Below, piece after piece: positions 28,301 through 42,820 of a DNA stretch of 64,000 nucleotides (the first letter of the stretch is position 1; each line of letters starts with the position of its first letter). The stretch lies in contig OZ059897.1 of the NCBI GenBank assembly GCA_964057225.1, positions 5,208,001 through 5,272,000 on the forward strand. Reading direction: 5' to 3'. This DNA comes from Auanema rhodensis. Its lineage: Eukaryota; Animalia; Nematoda. The position numbers and the translations under genes are program-made. The notes beneath the pieces were generated by a model, which was given only the letters and a program-made list of their open reading frames with translations, made no database searches and was not told where the DNA came from.

Positions 28301-28480
28301 GGGGAATCTAATTTTGAAAACCGCATCTCTTTATCTTTCACGTGAAGCGAGTTACATACCAAGTGCACATCACGTGTACATTTAATTAGCATAAATTAAA
28401 GTTCACGTAAATTTCAAAGTCATGGTTACCATGCACCAATATCAATAAAAATTTGTTTTTAGACTAATATGGACATGGGG
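22344..28480 (+). repeat. 18-monomer (3172 bp) tandem duplication, followed by a partial third copy at a 12-monomer offset
   Basis: CATCCC at 24275/27447/29562, AACTGC at 23916/27088, ATATTAAT at 24743/27915/30030, AATTGTG at 22674/25846. Confidence 0.85.
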
Positions 28481-31400
28481 AATCTAATTTTGAAAACCGC
28501 ATCTCTTTATCTTTCACGTGAAGCGAGTTACATACCAAGTGCACATCACGTGTACATTTAATTAGCATAAATTAAAGTTCACGTAAATTTCAAAGTCATG
28601 GTTACCATGCACCAATATCAATAAAAATTTGTTTTTAGACTAATATGGACATGGGGAATCTAATTTTAAAAACCGCATCTCTTTATCTTTCACGTGAAGC
28701 GAGTTACATACCAAGTGCACATCACGTGTACATTTAATTAGCATAAATTAAAGTTCACGTAAATTTCAAAGTCATGGTTACCATGCACCAATATCAATAA
28801 AAATTTGTTTTTAGACTAATATGGACATGGGGAATCTAATTTTAAAAACCGCATCTCTTTATCTTTCACGTGAAGCGAGTTACATACCAAGTGCACATCA
28901 CGTGTACATTTAATTAGCATAAATTAAAGTTCACGTAAATTTCAAAGTCATAGTTACCATGCACTAATATCAATAAAAATTTGTTTTTAGACTAATATGG
29001 ACATGGGGAATCTAATTTTAAAAACCTGCATCTCTTTATCTTTCACGTGAAGCGAGTTACATACCAAGTGCACATCACGTGTACATTTAATTAGCATAAA
29101 TTAAAGTTCACGTAAATTTCAAAGTCATGGTTACCATGCACCAATATCAATAAAAATTTGTTTTTAGACTAATATGGACATGGGGAATCTAATTTTAAAA
29201 ACCTGCATCTCTTTATCTTTCACGTGAAGCGAGTTACATACCAAGTGCACATCACGTGTACATTTAATTAGCATAAATTAAAGTTCACGTAAATTTTAAA
29301 GTCGTGGTTACCATGCACTATTATCAATAAAAATTTGTTTTTAGACTAATATGGACATGGGGAATCTAATTTTGAAAACCGCATCTCTTTATCTTTCACG
29401 TGAAGCAAGTTACATACCAAGTGCACATCACGTGCACATTTAATTAGCATAAATCAAAGTTCACGTAAATTTCAAAGTCATGGTTACCATGCACCAATAT
29501 CAATAAAAATTTGTTTTTAGATTAATATGGACATGGGGAATCTAATTTTGAAAACCGCATCCCTTTATCTTTCACGTGAAGCGAGTTACATACCAAGTGC
29601 ACATCACGTGTACATTTAATTAGCATAAATTAAAGTTCACGTAAATTTCAAAGTCATGGTTACCATGCACCAATATCAATAAAAATTTGTTTTTAGACTA
29701 ATATGGACATGGGGAATCTAATTTTAAAAACCTGCATCTCTTTATCTTTCACGTGAAGCGAGTTACATACCAAGTGCACATCACGTGTACATTTAATTAG
29801 CATAAATTAAAGTTCACGTAAATTTTAAAGTCGTGGTTACCATGCACTATTATCAATAAAAATTTGTTTTTAGACTAATATGGACATGGGGAATCTAATT
29901 TTGAAAACCGCATCTCTTTATCTTTCACGTGAAGCAAGTTACGTACCAAGTGCACATCACGTGCACATTTAATTAGCATAAATCAAAGTTCACGTAAATT
30001 TCAAAGTCATGGTTACCATGCACCAATATTAATAAAAATTTGTTTTTAGATTAATATGGACATGGGGAATCTAATTTTGAAAACCGCATCTCTTTATCTT
30101 TCACGTGAAGCGAGTTACATACCAAGTGCACATCACGTGTACATTTAATTAGCATAAATTAAAGTTCACGTAAATTTCAAAGTCATGGTTACCATGCACC
30201 AATATCAATAAAAATTTGTTTTTAGACTAATATGGACATGGGGAATCTAATTGTGAAAACCGCATCTCTTTATCTTTCACGTGAAGCGAGTTACATACCA
30301 AGTGCACATCACGTGTACATTTAATTAGCATAAATTAAAGTTCACGTAAATTTCAAAGTCATGGTTACCATGCACCAATATCAATAAAAATTTGTTTTTA
30401 GACTAATATGGACATGGGGAATCTAATTTTGAAAACCGCATCTCTTTATCTTTCACGTGAAGCGAGTTACATACCAAGTGCACATCACGTGTACATTTAA
30501 TTAGCATAAATTAAAGTTCACGTAAATTTCAAAGTCATGGTTACCATGCACCAATATCAATAAAAATTTGTTTTTAGACTAATATGGACATGGGGAATCT
30601 AATTTTGAAAACCGCATCTCTTTATCTTTCACGTGAAGCGAGTTACATACCAAGTGCACATCACGTGTACATTTAATTAGCATAAATTAAAGTTCACGTA
30701 AATTTCAAAGTCATGGTTACCATGCACCAATATCAATAAAAATTTGTTTTTAGACTAATATGGACATGGGGAATCTAATTTTAAAAACCGCATCTCTTTA
30801 TCTTTCACGTGAAGCGAGTTACATACCAAGTGCACATCACGTGTACATTTAATTAGCATAAATTAAAGTTCACGTAAATTTCAAAGTCATAGTTACCATG
30901 CACTAATATCAATAAAAATTTGTTTTTAGACTAATATGGACATGGGGAATCTAATTTTAAAAACCTGCATCTCTTTATCTTTCACGTGAAGCGAGTTACA
31001 TACCAAGTGCACATCACGTGTACATTTAATTAGCATAAATTAAAGTTCACGTAAATTTCAAAGTCATGGTTACCATGCACCAATATCAATAAAAATTTGT
31101 TTTTAGACTAATATGGACATGGGGAATCTAATTTTAAAAACCTGCATCTCTTTATCTTTCACGTGAAGCGAGTTACATACCAAGTGCACATCACGTGTAC
31201 ATTTAATTAGCATAAATTAAAGTTCACGTAAATTTTAAAGTCGTGGTTACCATGCACTATTATCAATAAAAATTTGTTTTTAGACTAATATGGACATGGG
31301 GAATCTAATTTTGAAAACCGCATCTCTTTATCTTTCACGTGAAGCAAGTTACATACCAAGTGCACATCACGTGCACATTTAATTAGCATAAATCAAAGTT

Positions 31401-31684
31401 CACGTAAATTTCAAAGTCATGGTTACCATGCACCAATATCAATAAAAATTTGTTTTTAGATTAATATGGACATGGGGAATCTAATTTTGAAAACCGCATC
31501 TCTTTATCTTTCACGTGAAGCGAGTTACATACCAAGTGCACATCACGTGTACATTTAATTAGCATAAATTAAAGTTCACGTAAATTTCAAAGTCATGGTT
31601 ACCATGCACCAATATCAATAAAAATTTGTTTTTAGACTAATATGGACATGGGGAATCTAATTGTGAAAACCGCATCTCTTTATC

Positions 31685-33092
31685 TTTCACGTGAAGCGAG
31701 TTACATACCAAGTGCACATCACGTGTACATTTAATTAGCATAAATTAAAGTTCACGTAAATTTCAAAGTCATGGTTACCATGCACCAATATCAATAAAAA
31801 TTTGTTTTTAGACTAATATGGACATGGGGAATCTAATTGTGAAAACCGCATCTCTTTATCTTTCACGTGAAGCGAGTTACATACCAAGTGCACATCACGT
31901 GTACATTTAATTAGCATAAATTAAAGTTCACGTAAATTTCAAAGTCATGGTTACCATGCACCAATATCAATAAAAATTTGTTTTTAGACTAATATGGACA
32001 TGGGGAATCTAATTTTAAAAACCGCATCTCTTTATCTTTCACGTGAAGCAAGTTACATACCAAGTGCACAGCACGTGTACATTTAATTAGCATAAATTAA
32101 AGTTCACGTAAATTTCAAAGTCATGGTTACCATGCACTAATATCAATAAAAATTTGTTTTTAGACTAATATGGACATGGGGAATCTAATTTTGAAAACCG
32201 CATCTCTTTATCTTTCACGTGAAGCAAGTTACATACCAAGTGCACATCACGTGCACATTTAATTAGCATAAATTAAAGTTCACGTAAATTTCAAAGTCAT
32301 GGTTACCATGCACTAATATCAATAAAAATTTGTTTTTAGACTAATATGGACATGGGGAATCTAATTTTGAAAACCGCATCTCTTTATCTTTCACGTGAAG
32401 CGAGTTACATACCAAGTGCACATCACGTGTACATTTAATTAGCATAAATTAAAGTTCACGTAAATTTCAAAGTCATGGTTACCATGCACCAATATCAATA
32501 AAAATTTGTTTTTAGACTAATATGGACATGGGGAATCTAATTGTGAAAACCGCATCTCTTTATCTTTCACGTGAAGCGAGTTACATACCAAGTGCACATC
32601 ACGTGTACATTTAATTAGCATAAATTAAAGTTCACGTAAATTTCAAAGTCATGGTTACCATGCACCAATATCAATAAAAATTTGTTTTTAGACTAATATG
32701 GACATGGGGAATCTAATTTTAAAAACCGCATCTCTTTATCTTTCACGTGAAGCAAGTTACATACCAAGTGCACAGCACGTGTACATTTAATTAGCATAAA
32801 TTAAAGTTCACGTAAATTTCAAAGTCATGGTTACCATGCACTAATATCAATAAAAATTTGTTTTTAGACTAATATGGACATGGGGAATCTAATTTTGAAA
32901 ACCGCATCTCTTTATCTTTCACGTGAAGCAAGTTACATACCAAGTGCACATCACGTGCACATTTAATTAGCATAAATTAAAGTTCACGTAAATTTCAAAG
33001 TCATGGTTACCATGCACTAATATCAATAAAAATTTGTTTTTAGACTAATATGGACATGGGGAATCTAATTTTGAAAACCGCATCTCTTTATC
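31685..33092 (+). repeat. 4-monomer (704 bp) duplication spanning the GCGAG/GCAAG domain boundary
   Basis: The unit order GCGAG+TTGTG, GCGAG+TTTTA, GCAAG+AGCAC+CACTAA, GCAAG+GTGCAC+CACTAA occurs twice. Marker at 31839/32543. Confidence 0.88.
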
Positions 33093-36000
33093 TTTCACGC
33101 GAAGCAAGTTACATACCAAGTGCACATCACGTGCACATTTAATTAGCATAAATTAAAGTTCACGTAAATTTCAAAGTCATGGTTACCATGCACCAATATC
33201 AATAAAAATTTGTTTTTAGACTAATATGGACATGAGGAATCTAATTTTGAAAACCGCATCTCTTTATCTTTCACGTGAAGCAAGTTACATACCAAGTGCA
33301 CATCACGTGCACATTTAATTAGCATAAATTAAAGTTCACGTAAATTTCAAAGTCATGGTTACCATGCACCAATATCAATAAAAATTTGTTTTTAGACTAA
33401 TATGGACATGGGGAATCTAATTTTGAAAACCGCATCTCTTTATCTTTCACGTGAAGCAAGTTACATACCAAGTGCACATCACGTGCACATTTAATTAGCA
33501 TAAATTAAAGTTCACGTAAATTTCAAAGTCATGGTTACCATGCACCAATATCAAAAAAAATTTGTTTTTAGACTAATATGGACATGGGGAATCTAATTCT
33601 GAAAACCGCATCTCTTTATCTTTCACGTGAAGCAAGTTACATACCAAGTGCACATCACGTGCACATTTAATTAGCATAAATTAAAGTTCACGTAAATTTC
33701 AAAGTCATGGTTACCATGCACCAATATCAATAAAAATTTGTTTTTAGACTAATATGGACATGGGGAATCTAATTTTGAAAACCGCATCTCTTTATCTTTC
33801 ACGTGAAGCAAGTTACATACCAAGTGCACATCACGTGTACATTTAATTAGCATAAATTAAAGTTCACGTAAATTTCAAAGTCATGGTTACCATGCACCAA
33901 TATCAATAAAAATTTGTTTTTAGACTAATATGGACATGGGGAATCTAATTTTGAAAACCGCATCTCTTTATCTTTCACGTGAAGCAAGTTACATACCAAG
34001 TGCACATCACGTGCACATTTAATTAGCATAAATTAAAGTTCACGTAAATTTCAAAGTCATGGTTACCATGCACCAATATCAATAAAAATTTGTTTTTAGA
34101 CTAATATGGACATGGGGAATCTAATTTTAAAAACCGCATCTCTTTATCTTTCACGTGAAGCAAGTTACATACCAAGTGCACATCACGTGTACATTTAATT
34201 AGCATAAATTAAAGTTCACTTAAATTTCAAAGTCATGGTTACCATGCACCAATATCAATAAAAATTTGTTTTTAGACTAATATGGACATGTGGAATCTAA
34301 TTTTGAAAACCGCATCTCTTTATCTTTCACGTGAAGTGAGTTACATACCAAGTGCACATCACGTGTACATTTAATTAGCATTAATTAAAGTTCACGTAAA
34401 TTTCAAAGTCATGGTTACCATGCACCAATATCAATAAAAATTTGTTTTTAGATTAATATGGACATGGGGAATCTAATTTTGAAAACCGCATCTCTTTATC
34501 TTTCACGTGAAGCAAGTTACATACCAAGTGCACAGCACGTGTACATTTAATTAGCATAAATTAAAGTTCACGTAAATTTCAAAGTCATGGTTACCATGCA
34601 CCAATATCAATAAAAATTTGTTTTTAGACTAATATGGACATGGGGAATCTAATTTTGAAAACCGCATCTCTTTATCTTTCACGTGAAGCGAGTTACATAC
34701 CAAGTGCACATCACGTGTACATTTAATTAGCATAAATTAAAGTTCACGTAAATTTCAAAGTCATGGTTACCATGCACCAATATCAATAAAAATTTGTTTT
34801 TAGACTAATATGGACATGTGAAATCTAATTTTAAAAACCGCATCTCTTTATCTTTCACGTGAAGCAAGTTACATACCAAGTGCACATCACGTGTACATTT
34901 AATTAGCATAAATTAAAGTTCACGTAAATTTCAAAGTCATGGTTACCATGCACCAATATCAATAAAAATTTGTTTTTAGACTAATATGGACATGTGGAAT
35001 CTAATTTTAAAAACCGCATCTCTTTATCTTTCACGTGAAGCAAGTTACATACCAAGTGCACATCACGTGTACATTTAATTAGCATAAATTAAAGTTCACG
35101 TAAATTTCAAAGTCATGGTTACCATGCACCAATATCAATAAAAATTTGTTTTTAGACTAATATGGACATGGGGAATCTAATTTCAAAAACCGCATCTCTT
35201 TATCTTTCACGTGAAGCAAGTTACATACCAAGTGCACATCACGTGTACATTTAATTAGCATAAATTAAAGTTCACGTAAATTTCAAAGTCATGGTTACCA
35301 TGCACCAATATCAATAAAAATTTGTTTTTAGACTAATATGGACATGTGGAATCTAATTTTGAAAACCGCATCTCTTTATCTTTCACGTGAAGTGAGTTAC
35401 ATACCAAGTGCACATCACGTGTACATTTAATTAGCATAAATTAAAGTTCACGTAAATTTCAAAGTCATGGTTACCATGCACCAATATCAATAAAAATTTG
35501 TTTTTAGACTAATATGGACATGGGGAATCTAATTTTGAAAACCGCATCTCTTTATCTTTCACGTGAAGCAAGTTACATACCAAGTGCACAGCACGTGTAC
35601 ATTTAATTAGCATAAATTAAAGTTCACGTAAATTTCAAAGTCATGGTTACCATGCACCAATATCAATAAAAATTTGTTTTTAGACTAATATGGACATGGG
35701 GAATCTAATTTTGAAAACCGCATCTCTTTATCTTTCACGTGAAGCAAGTTACATACCAAGTGCACAGCACGTGTACATTTAATTAGCATAAATTAAAGTT
35801 CACGTAAATTTCAAAGTCATGGTTACCATGCACTAATATCAATAAAAATTTGTTTTTAGACTAATATGGACATGGGGAATCTAATTTTAAAAACCGCATC
35901 TCTTTATCTTTCACGTGAAGCAAGTTACATACCAAGTGCACAGCACGTGTACATTTAATTAGCATAAATTAAAGTTCACGTAAATTTCAAAGTCATGGTT

Positions 36001-39000
36001 ACCATGCAATAATATCAATAAAAATTTGTTTTTAGACTAATATGGACATGGGGAATCTAATTTTGAAAACCGCATCTCTTTATCTTTCACGTGAAGCAAG
36101 TTACATACCAAGTGCACATCACGTGCACATTTAATTAGCATAAATTAAAGTTCACGTAAATTTCAAAGTCATGGTTACCATGCACCAATATCAATAAAAA
36201 TTTGTTTTTAGACTAATATGGACATGAGGAATCTAATTTTGAAAACCGCATCTCTTTATCTTTCACGTGAAGCAAGTTACATACCAAGTGCACATCACGT
36301 GCACATTTAATTAGCATAAATTAAAGTTCACGTAAATTTCAAAGTCATGGTTACCATGCACCAATATCAATAAAAATTTGTTTTTAGACTAATATGGACA
36401 TGGGGAATCTAATTTTGAAAACCGCATCTCTTTATCTTTCACGTGAAGCAAGTTACATACCAAGTGCACATCACGTGCACATTTAATTAGCATAAATTAA
36501 AGTTCACGTAAATTTCAAAGTCATGGTTACCATGCACCAATATCAATAAAAATTTGTTTTTAGACTAATATGGACATGGGGAATCTAATTTTGAAAACCG
36601 CATCTCTTTATCTTTCACGTGAAGCAAGTTACATACCAAGTGCACATCACGTGCACATTTAATTAGCATAAATTAAAGTTCACGTAAATTTCGAAGTCAT
36701 GGTTACCATGCACCAATATCAATAAAAATTTGTTTTTAGACTAATATGGACATGGGGAATCTAATTTTGAAAACCGCATCTCTTTATCTTTCACGTGAAG
36801 CAAGTTACATACCAAGTGCACATCACGTGTACATTTAATTAGCATAAATTAAAGTTCACGTAAATTTCAAAGTCATGGTTACCATGCACCAATATCAATA
36901 AAAATTTGTTTTTAGACTAATATGGACATGGGGAATCTAATTTTGAAAACCGCATCTCTTTATCTTTCACGTGAAGCAAGTTACATACCAAGTGCACATC
37001 ACGTGCACATTTAATTAGCATAAATTAAAGTTCACGTAAATTTCAAAGTCATGGTTACCATGCACTAATATCAATAAAAATTTGTTTTTAGACTAATATG
37101 GACATGGGGAATCTAATTTTGAAAACCGCATCTCTTTATCTTTCACGTGAAGCAAGTTACATACCAAGTGCACATCACGTGTACATTTAATTAGCATAAA
37201 TTAAAGTTCACGTAAATTTCAAAGTCATGGTTACCATGCACCAATATCAATAAAAATTTGTTTTTAGACTAATATGGACATGGGGAATCTAATTTTGAAA
37301 ACCGCATCTCTTTATCTTTCACGTGAAGCAAGTTACATACCAAGTGCACATCACGTGCACATTTAATTAGCATAAATTAAAGTTCACGTAAATTTCAAAG
37401 TCATGGTTACCATGCACCAATATCAATAAAAATTTGTTTTTAGACTAATATGGACATGGGGAATCTATTTTTAAAAACCGCATCTCTTTATCTTTCACGT
37501 GAAGCAAGTTACATACCAAGTGCACATCACGTGTACATTTAATTAGCATAAATTAAAGTTCACTTAAATTTCAAAGTCATGGTAACCATGCACCAATATC
37601 AATAAAAATTTGTTTTTAGACTAATATGGACATGTGGAATCTAATTTTGAAAACCGCATCTCTTTATATTTCACGTGAAGTGAGTTACTTACCAAGTGCA
37701 CATCACGTGTACATTTAATTAGCATTAATTAAAGTTCACGTAAATTTCAAAGTCATGGTTACCATGCACCAATATCAATAAAAATTTGTTTTTAGATTAA
37801 TATGGACATGGGGAATCTAATTTTGAAAACCGCATCTCTTTATCTTTCACGTGAAGCAAGTTACATACCAAGTGCACAGCACGTGTACATTTAATTAGCA
37901 TAAATTAAAGTTCACGTAAATTTCAAAGTCATGGTTACCATGCACCAATATCAATAAAAATTTGTTTTTAGACTAATATGGACATGGGGAATCTAATTTT
38001 GAAAACCGCATCTCTTTATCTTTCACGTGAAGCGAGTTACATACCAAGTGCACATCACGTGTACATTTAATTAGCATAAATTAAAGTTCACGTAAATTTC
38101 AAAGTCATGGTTACCATGCACCAATATCAATAAAAATTTGTTTTTAGACTAATATGGACATGTGAAATCTAATTTTAAAAACCGCATCTCTTTATCTTTC
38201 ACGTGAAGCAAGTTACATACCAAGTGCACATCACGTGTACATTTAATTAGCATAAATTAAAGTTCACGTAAATTTCAAAGTCATGGTTACCATGCACCAA
38301 TATCAATAAAAATTTGTTTTTAGACTAATATGGACATGTGGAATCTAATTTTAAAAACCGCATCTCTTTATCTTTCACGTGAAGCAAGTTACATACCAAG
38401 TGCACATCACGTGTACATTTAATTAGCATAAATTAAAGTTCACGTAAATTTCAAAGTCATGGTTACCATGCACCAATATCAATAAAAATTTGTTTTTAGA
38501 CTAATATGGACATGGGGAATCTAATTTCAAAAACCGCATCTCTTTATCTTTCACGTGAAGCAAGTTACATACCAAGTGCACATCACGTGTACATTTAATT
38601 AGCATAAATTAAAGTTCACGTAAATTTCAAAGTCATGGTTACCATGCACCAATATCAATAAAAATTTGTTTTTAGACTAATATGGACATGTGGAATCTAA
38701 TTTTGAAAACCGCATCTCTTTATCTTTCACGTGAAGTGAGTTACATACCAAGTGCACATCACGTGTACATTTAATTAGCATAAATTAAAGTTCACGTAAA
38801 TTTCAAAGTCATGGTTACCATGCACCAATATCAATAAAAATTTGTTTTTAGACTAATATGGACATGGGGAATCTAATTTTGAAAACCGCATCTCTTTATC
38901 TTTCACGTGAAGCAAGTTACATACCAAGTGCACAGCACGTGTACATTTAATTAGCATAAATTAAAGTTCACGTAAATTTCAAAGTCATGGTTACCATGCA

Positions 39001-39780
39001 CCAATATCAATAAAAATTTGTTTTTAGACTAATATGGACATGGGGAATCTAATTTTGAAAACCGCATCTCTTTATCTTTCACGTAAAGCAAGTTACATAC
39101 CAAGTGCACATCACGTGTACATTTAATTAGCATAAATTAAAGTTCACGTAAATTTCAAAGTCATGGTTACCATGCACCAATATCAATAAAAATTTGTTTT
39201 TAGACTAATATGGACATGGGGAATCTAATTTTGAAAACCGCATCTCTTTATCTTTCACGTGAAGCAAGTTACATACCAAGTGCACATCACGTGCACATTT
39301 AATTAGCATAAATTAAAGTTCACGTAAATTTCAAAGTCATGGTTACCATGCACTAATATCAATAAAAATTTGTTTTTAGACTAATATGGACATGGGGAAT
39401 CTAATTTTGAAAACCGCATCTCTTTATCTTTCACGTGAAGCAAGTTACATACCAAGTGCACATCACGTGCACATTTAATTAGCATAAATTAAAGTTCACG
39501 TAAATTTCAAAGTCATGGTTACCATGCACCAATATCAATAAAAATTTGTTTTTAGACTAATATGGACATGGGGAATCTAATTTTGAAAACCGCATCTCTT
39601 TATCTTTCACGTGAAGCAAGTTACATACCAAGTGCACATCACGTGTACATTTAATTAGCATAAATTAAAGTTCACGTAAATTTCAAAGTCATGGTTACCA
39701 TGCACCAATATCAATAAAAATTTGTTTTTAGACTAATATGGACATGGGGAATCTAATTTTGAAAACCGCATCTCTTTATC

Positions 39781-42700
39781 TTTCACGTGAAGCAAGTTAC
39801 ATACCAAGTGCACATCACGTGCACATTTAATTAGCATAAATTAAAGTTCACGTAAATTTCAAAGTCATGGTTACCATGCACCAATATCAATAAAAATTTG
39901 TTTTTAGACTAATATGGACATGGGGAATCTAATTTTAAAAACCGCATCTCTTTATCTTTCACGTGAAGCAAGTTACATACCAAGTGCACATCACGTGTAC
40001 ATTTAATTAGCATAAATTAAAGTTCACTTAAATTTCAAAGTCATGGTTACCATGCACCAATATCAATAAAAATTTGTTTTTAGACTAATATGGACATGTG
40101 GAATCTAATTTTGAAAACCGAATCTCTTTATCTTTCACGTGAAGTGAGTTACATACCAAGTGCACATCACGTGTACATTTAATTAGCATAAATTAAAGTT
40201 CACGTAAATTTCAAAGTCATGGTTACCATGCACCAATATCAATAAAAATTTGTTTTTAGACTAATATGGACATGGGGAATCTAATTTTAAAAACCGCATC
40301 TCTTTATCTTTCACGTGAAGCAAGTTACATACCAAGTGCACATCACGTGTACATTTAATTAGCATAAATTAAAGTTCACTTAAATTTCAAAGTCATGGTT
40401 ACCATGCACCAATATCAATAAAAATTTGTTTTTAGACTAATATGGACATGGGGAATCTAATTTTGAAAACCGCATCTCTTTATCTTTCACGTGAAGCAAG
40501 TTACATACCAAGTGCACAGCACGTGTACATTTAATTAGCATAAATTAAAGTTCACGTAAATTTCAAAGTCATGGTTACCATGCACCAATATCAATAAAAA
40601 TTTGTTTTTAGACTAATATGGACATGGGGAATCTAATTTTGAAAACCGCATCTCTTTATCTTTCACGTGAAGCAAGTTACATACCAAGTGCACATCACGT
40701 GCACATTTAATTAGCATAAATTAAAGTTCACGTAAATTTCAAAGTCATGGTTACCATGCACCAATATCAATAAAAATTTGTTTTTAGACTAATATGGACA
40801 TGGGGAATCTAATTTTAAAAACCGCATCTCTTTATCTTTCACGTGAAGCAAGTTACATACCAAGTGCACATCACGTGTACATTTAATTAGCATAAATTAA
40901 AGTTCACTTAAATTTCAAAGTCATGGTTACCATGCACCAATATCAATAAAAATTTGTTTTTAGACTAATATGGACATGTGGAATCTAATTTTGAAAACCG
41001 AATCTCTTTATCTTTCACGTGAAGTGAGTTACATACCAAGTGCACATCACGTGTACATTTAATTAGCATAAATTAAAGTTCACGTAAATTTCAAAGTCAT
41101 GGTTACCATGCACCAATATCAATAAAAATTTGTTTTTAGACTAATATGGACATGGGGAATCTAATTTTAAAAACCGCATCTCTTTATCTTTCACGTGAAG
41201 CAAGTTACATACCAAGTGCACATCACGTGTACATTTAATTAGCATAAATTAAAGTTCACTTAAATTTCAAAGTCATGGTTACCATGCACCAATATCAATA
41301 AAAATTTGTTTTTAGACTAATATGGACATGGGGAATCTAATTTTGAAAACCGCATCTCTTTATCTTTCACGTGAAGCAAGTTACATACCAAGTGCACAGC
41401 ACGTGTACATTTAATTAGCATAAATTAAAGTTCACGTAAATTTCAAAGTCATGGTTACCATGCACCAATATCAATAAAAATTTGTTTTTAGACTAATATG
41501 GACATGGGGAATCTAATTTTGAAAACCGCATCTCTTTATCTTTCACGTGAAGCAAGTTACATACCAAGTGCACATCACGTGCACATTTAATTAGCATAAA
41601 TTAAAGTTCACGTAAATTTCAAAGTCATGGTTACCATGCACCAATATCAATAAAAATTTGTTTTTAGACTAATATGGACATGGGGAATCTAATTTTAAAA
41701 ACCGCATCTCTTTATCTTTCACGTGAAGCAAGTTACATACCAAGTGCACATCACGTGTACATTTAATTAGCATAAATTAAAGTTCACTTAAATTTCAAAG
41801 TCATGGTTACCATGCACCAATATCAATAAAAATTTGTTTTTAGACTAATATGGACATGTGGAATCTAATTTTGAAAACCGAATCTCTTTATCTTTCACGT
41901 GAAGTGAGTTACATACCAAGTGCACATCACGTGTACATTTAATTAGCATAAATTAAAGTTCACGTAAATTTCAAAGTCATGGTTACCATGCACCAATATC
42001 AATAAAAATTTGTTTTTAGACTAATATGGACATGGGGAATCTAATTTTAAAAACCGCATCTCTTTATCTTTCACGTGAAGCAAGTTACATACCAAGTGCA
42101 CATCACGTGTACATTTAATTAGCATAAATTAAAGTTCACTTAAATTTCAAAGTCATGGTTACCATGCACCAATATCAATAAAAATTTGTTTTTAGACTAA
42201 TATGGACATGGGGAATCTAATTTTGAAAACCGCATCTCTTTATCTTTCACGTGAAGCAAGTTACATACCAAGTGCACAGCACGTGTACATTTAATTAGCA
42301 TAAATTAAAGTTCACGTAAATTTCAAAGTCATGGTTACCATGCACCAATATCAATAAAAATTTGTTTTTAGACTAATATGGACATGGGGAATCTAATTTT
42401 AAAAACCGCATCTCTTTATCTTTCACGTGAAGCAAGTTACATACCAAGTGCACATCACGTGCACATTTAATTAGCATAAATTAAAGTTCACGTAAATTTC
42501 AAAGTCATGGTTACCATGCACCAATATCAATAAAAATTTGTTTTTAGACTAATATGGACATGGGGAATCTAATTTTAAAAACCGCATCTCTTTATCTTTC
42601 ACGTGAAGCAAGTTACATACCAAGTGCACATCACGTGTACATTTAATTAGCATAAATTAAAGTTCACTTAAATTTCAAAGTCATGGTTACCATGCACCAA

Positions 42701-42820
42701 TATCAATAAAAATTTGTTTTTAGACTAATATGGACATGTGGAATCTAATTTTGAAAACCGAATCTCTTTATCTTTCACGTGAAGTGAGTTACATACCAAG
42801 TGCACATCACGTGTACATTT
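39781..42820 (+). repeat. 5-monomer (880 bp) higher-order repeat, about 3.5 copies
   Basis: CCGAATC at 40121, 41001, 41881 and 42761, with the same intervening order of CACTTAA, GTGAG, AGCAC and GTGCAC units. Confidence 0.92.

Larger units (their letters stand above)
11065..31143 (+). repeat. Sub-domain carrying 177-bp monomers (T insertion AACCGC to AACCTGC) on a GCGAG background
   Basis: Insertion at 11065 and 12293, then frequent from 15628 to 31143. Not seen before 11 kb or after 31.2 kb. Confidence 0.9.

Noticed and set aside
36690-36706. CENP-B box at the TTCG variant
   Set aside because: TTCGAAGTCATGG does not match TTCG-N4-A-N2-CGGG, and the consensus has no such box.
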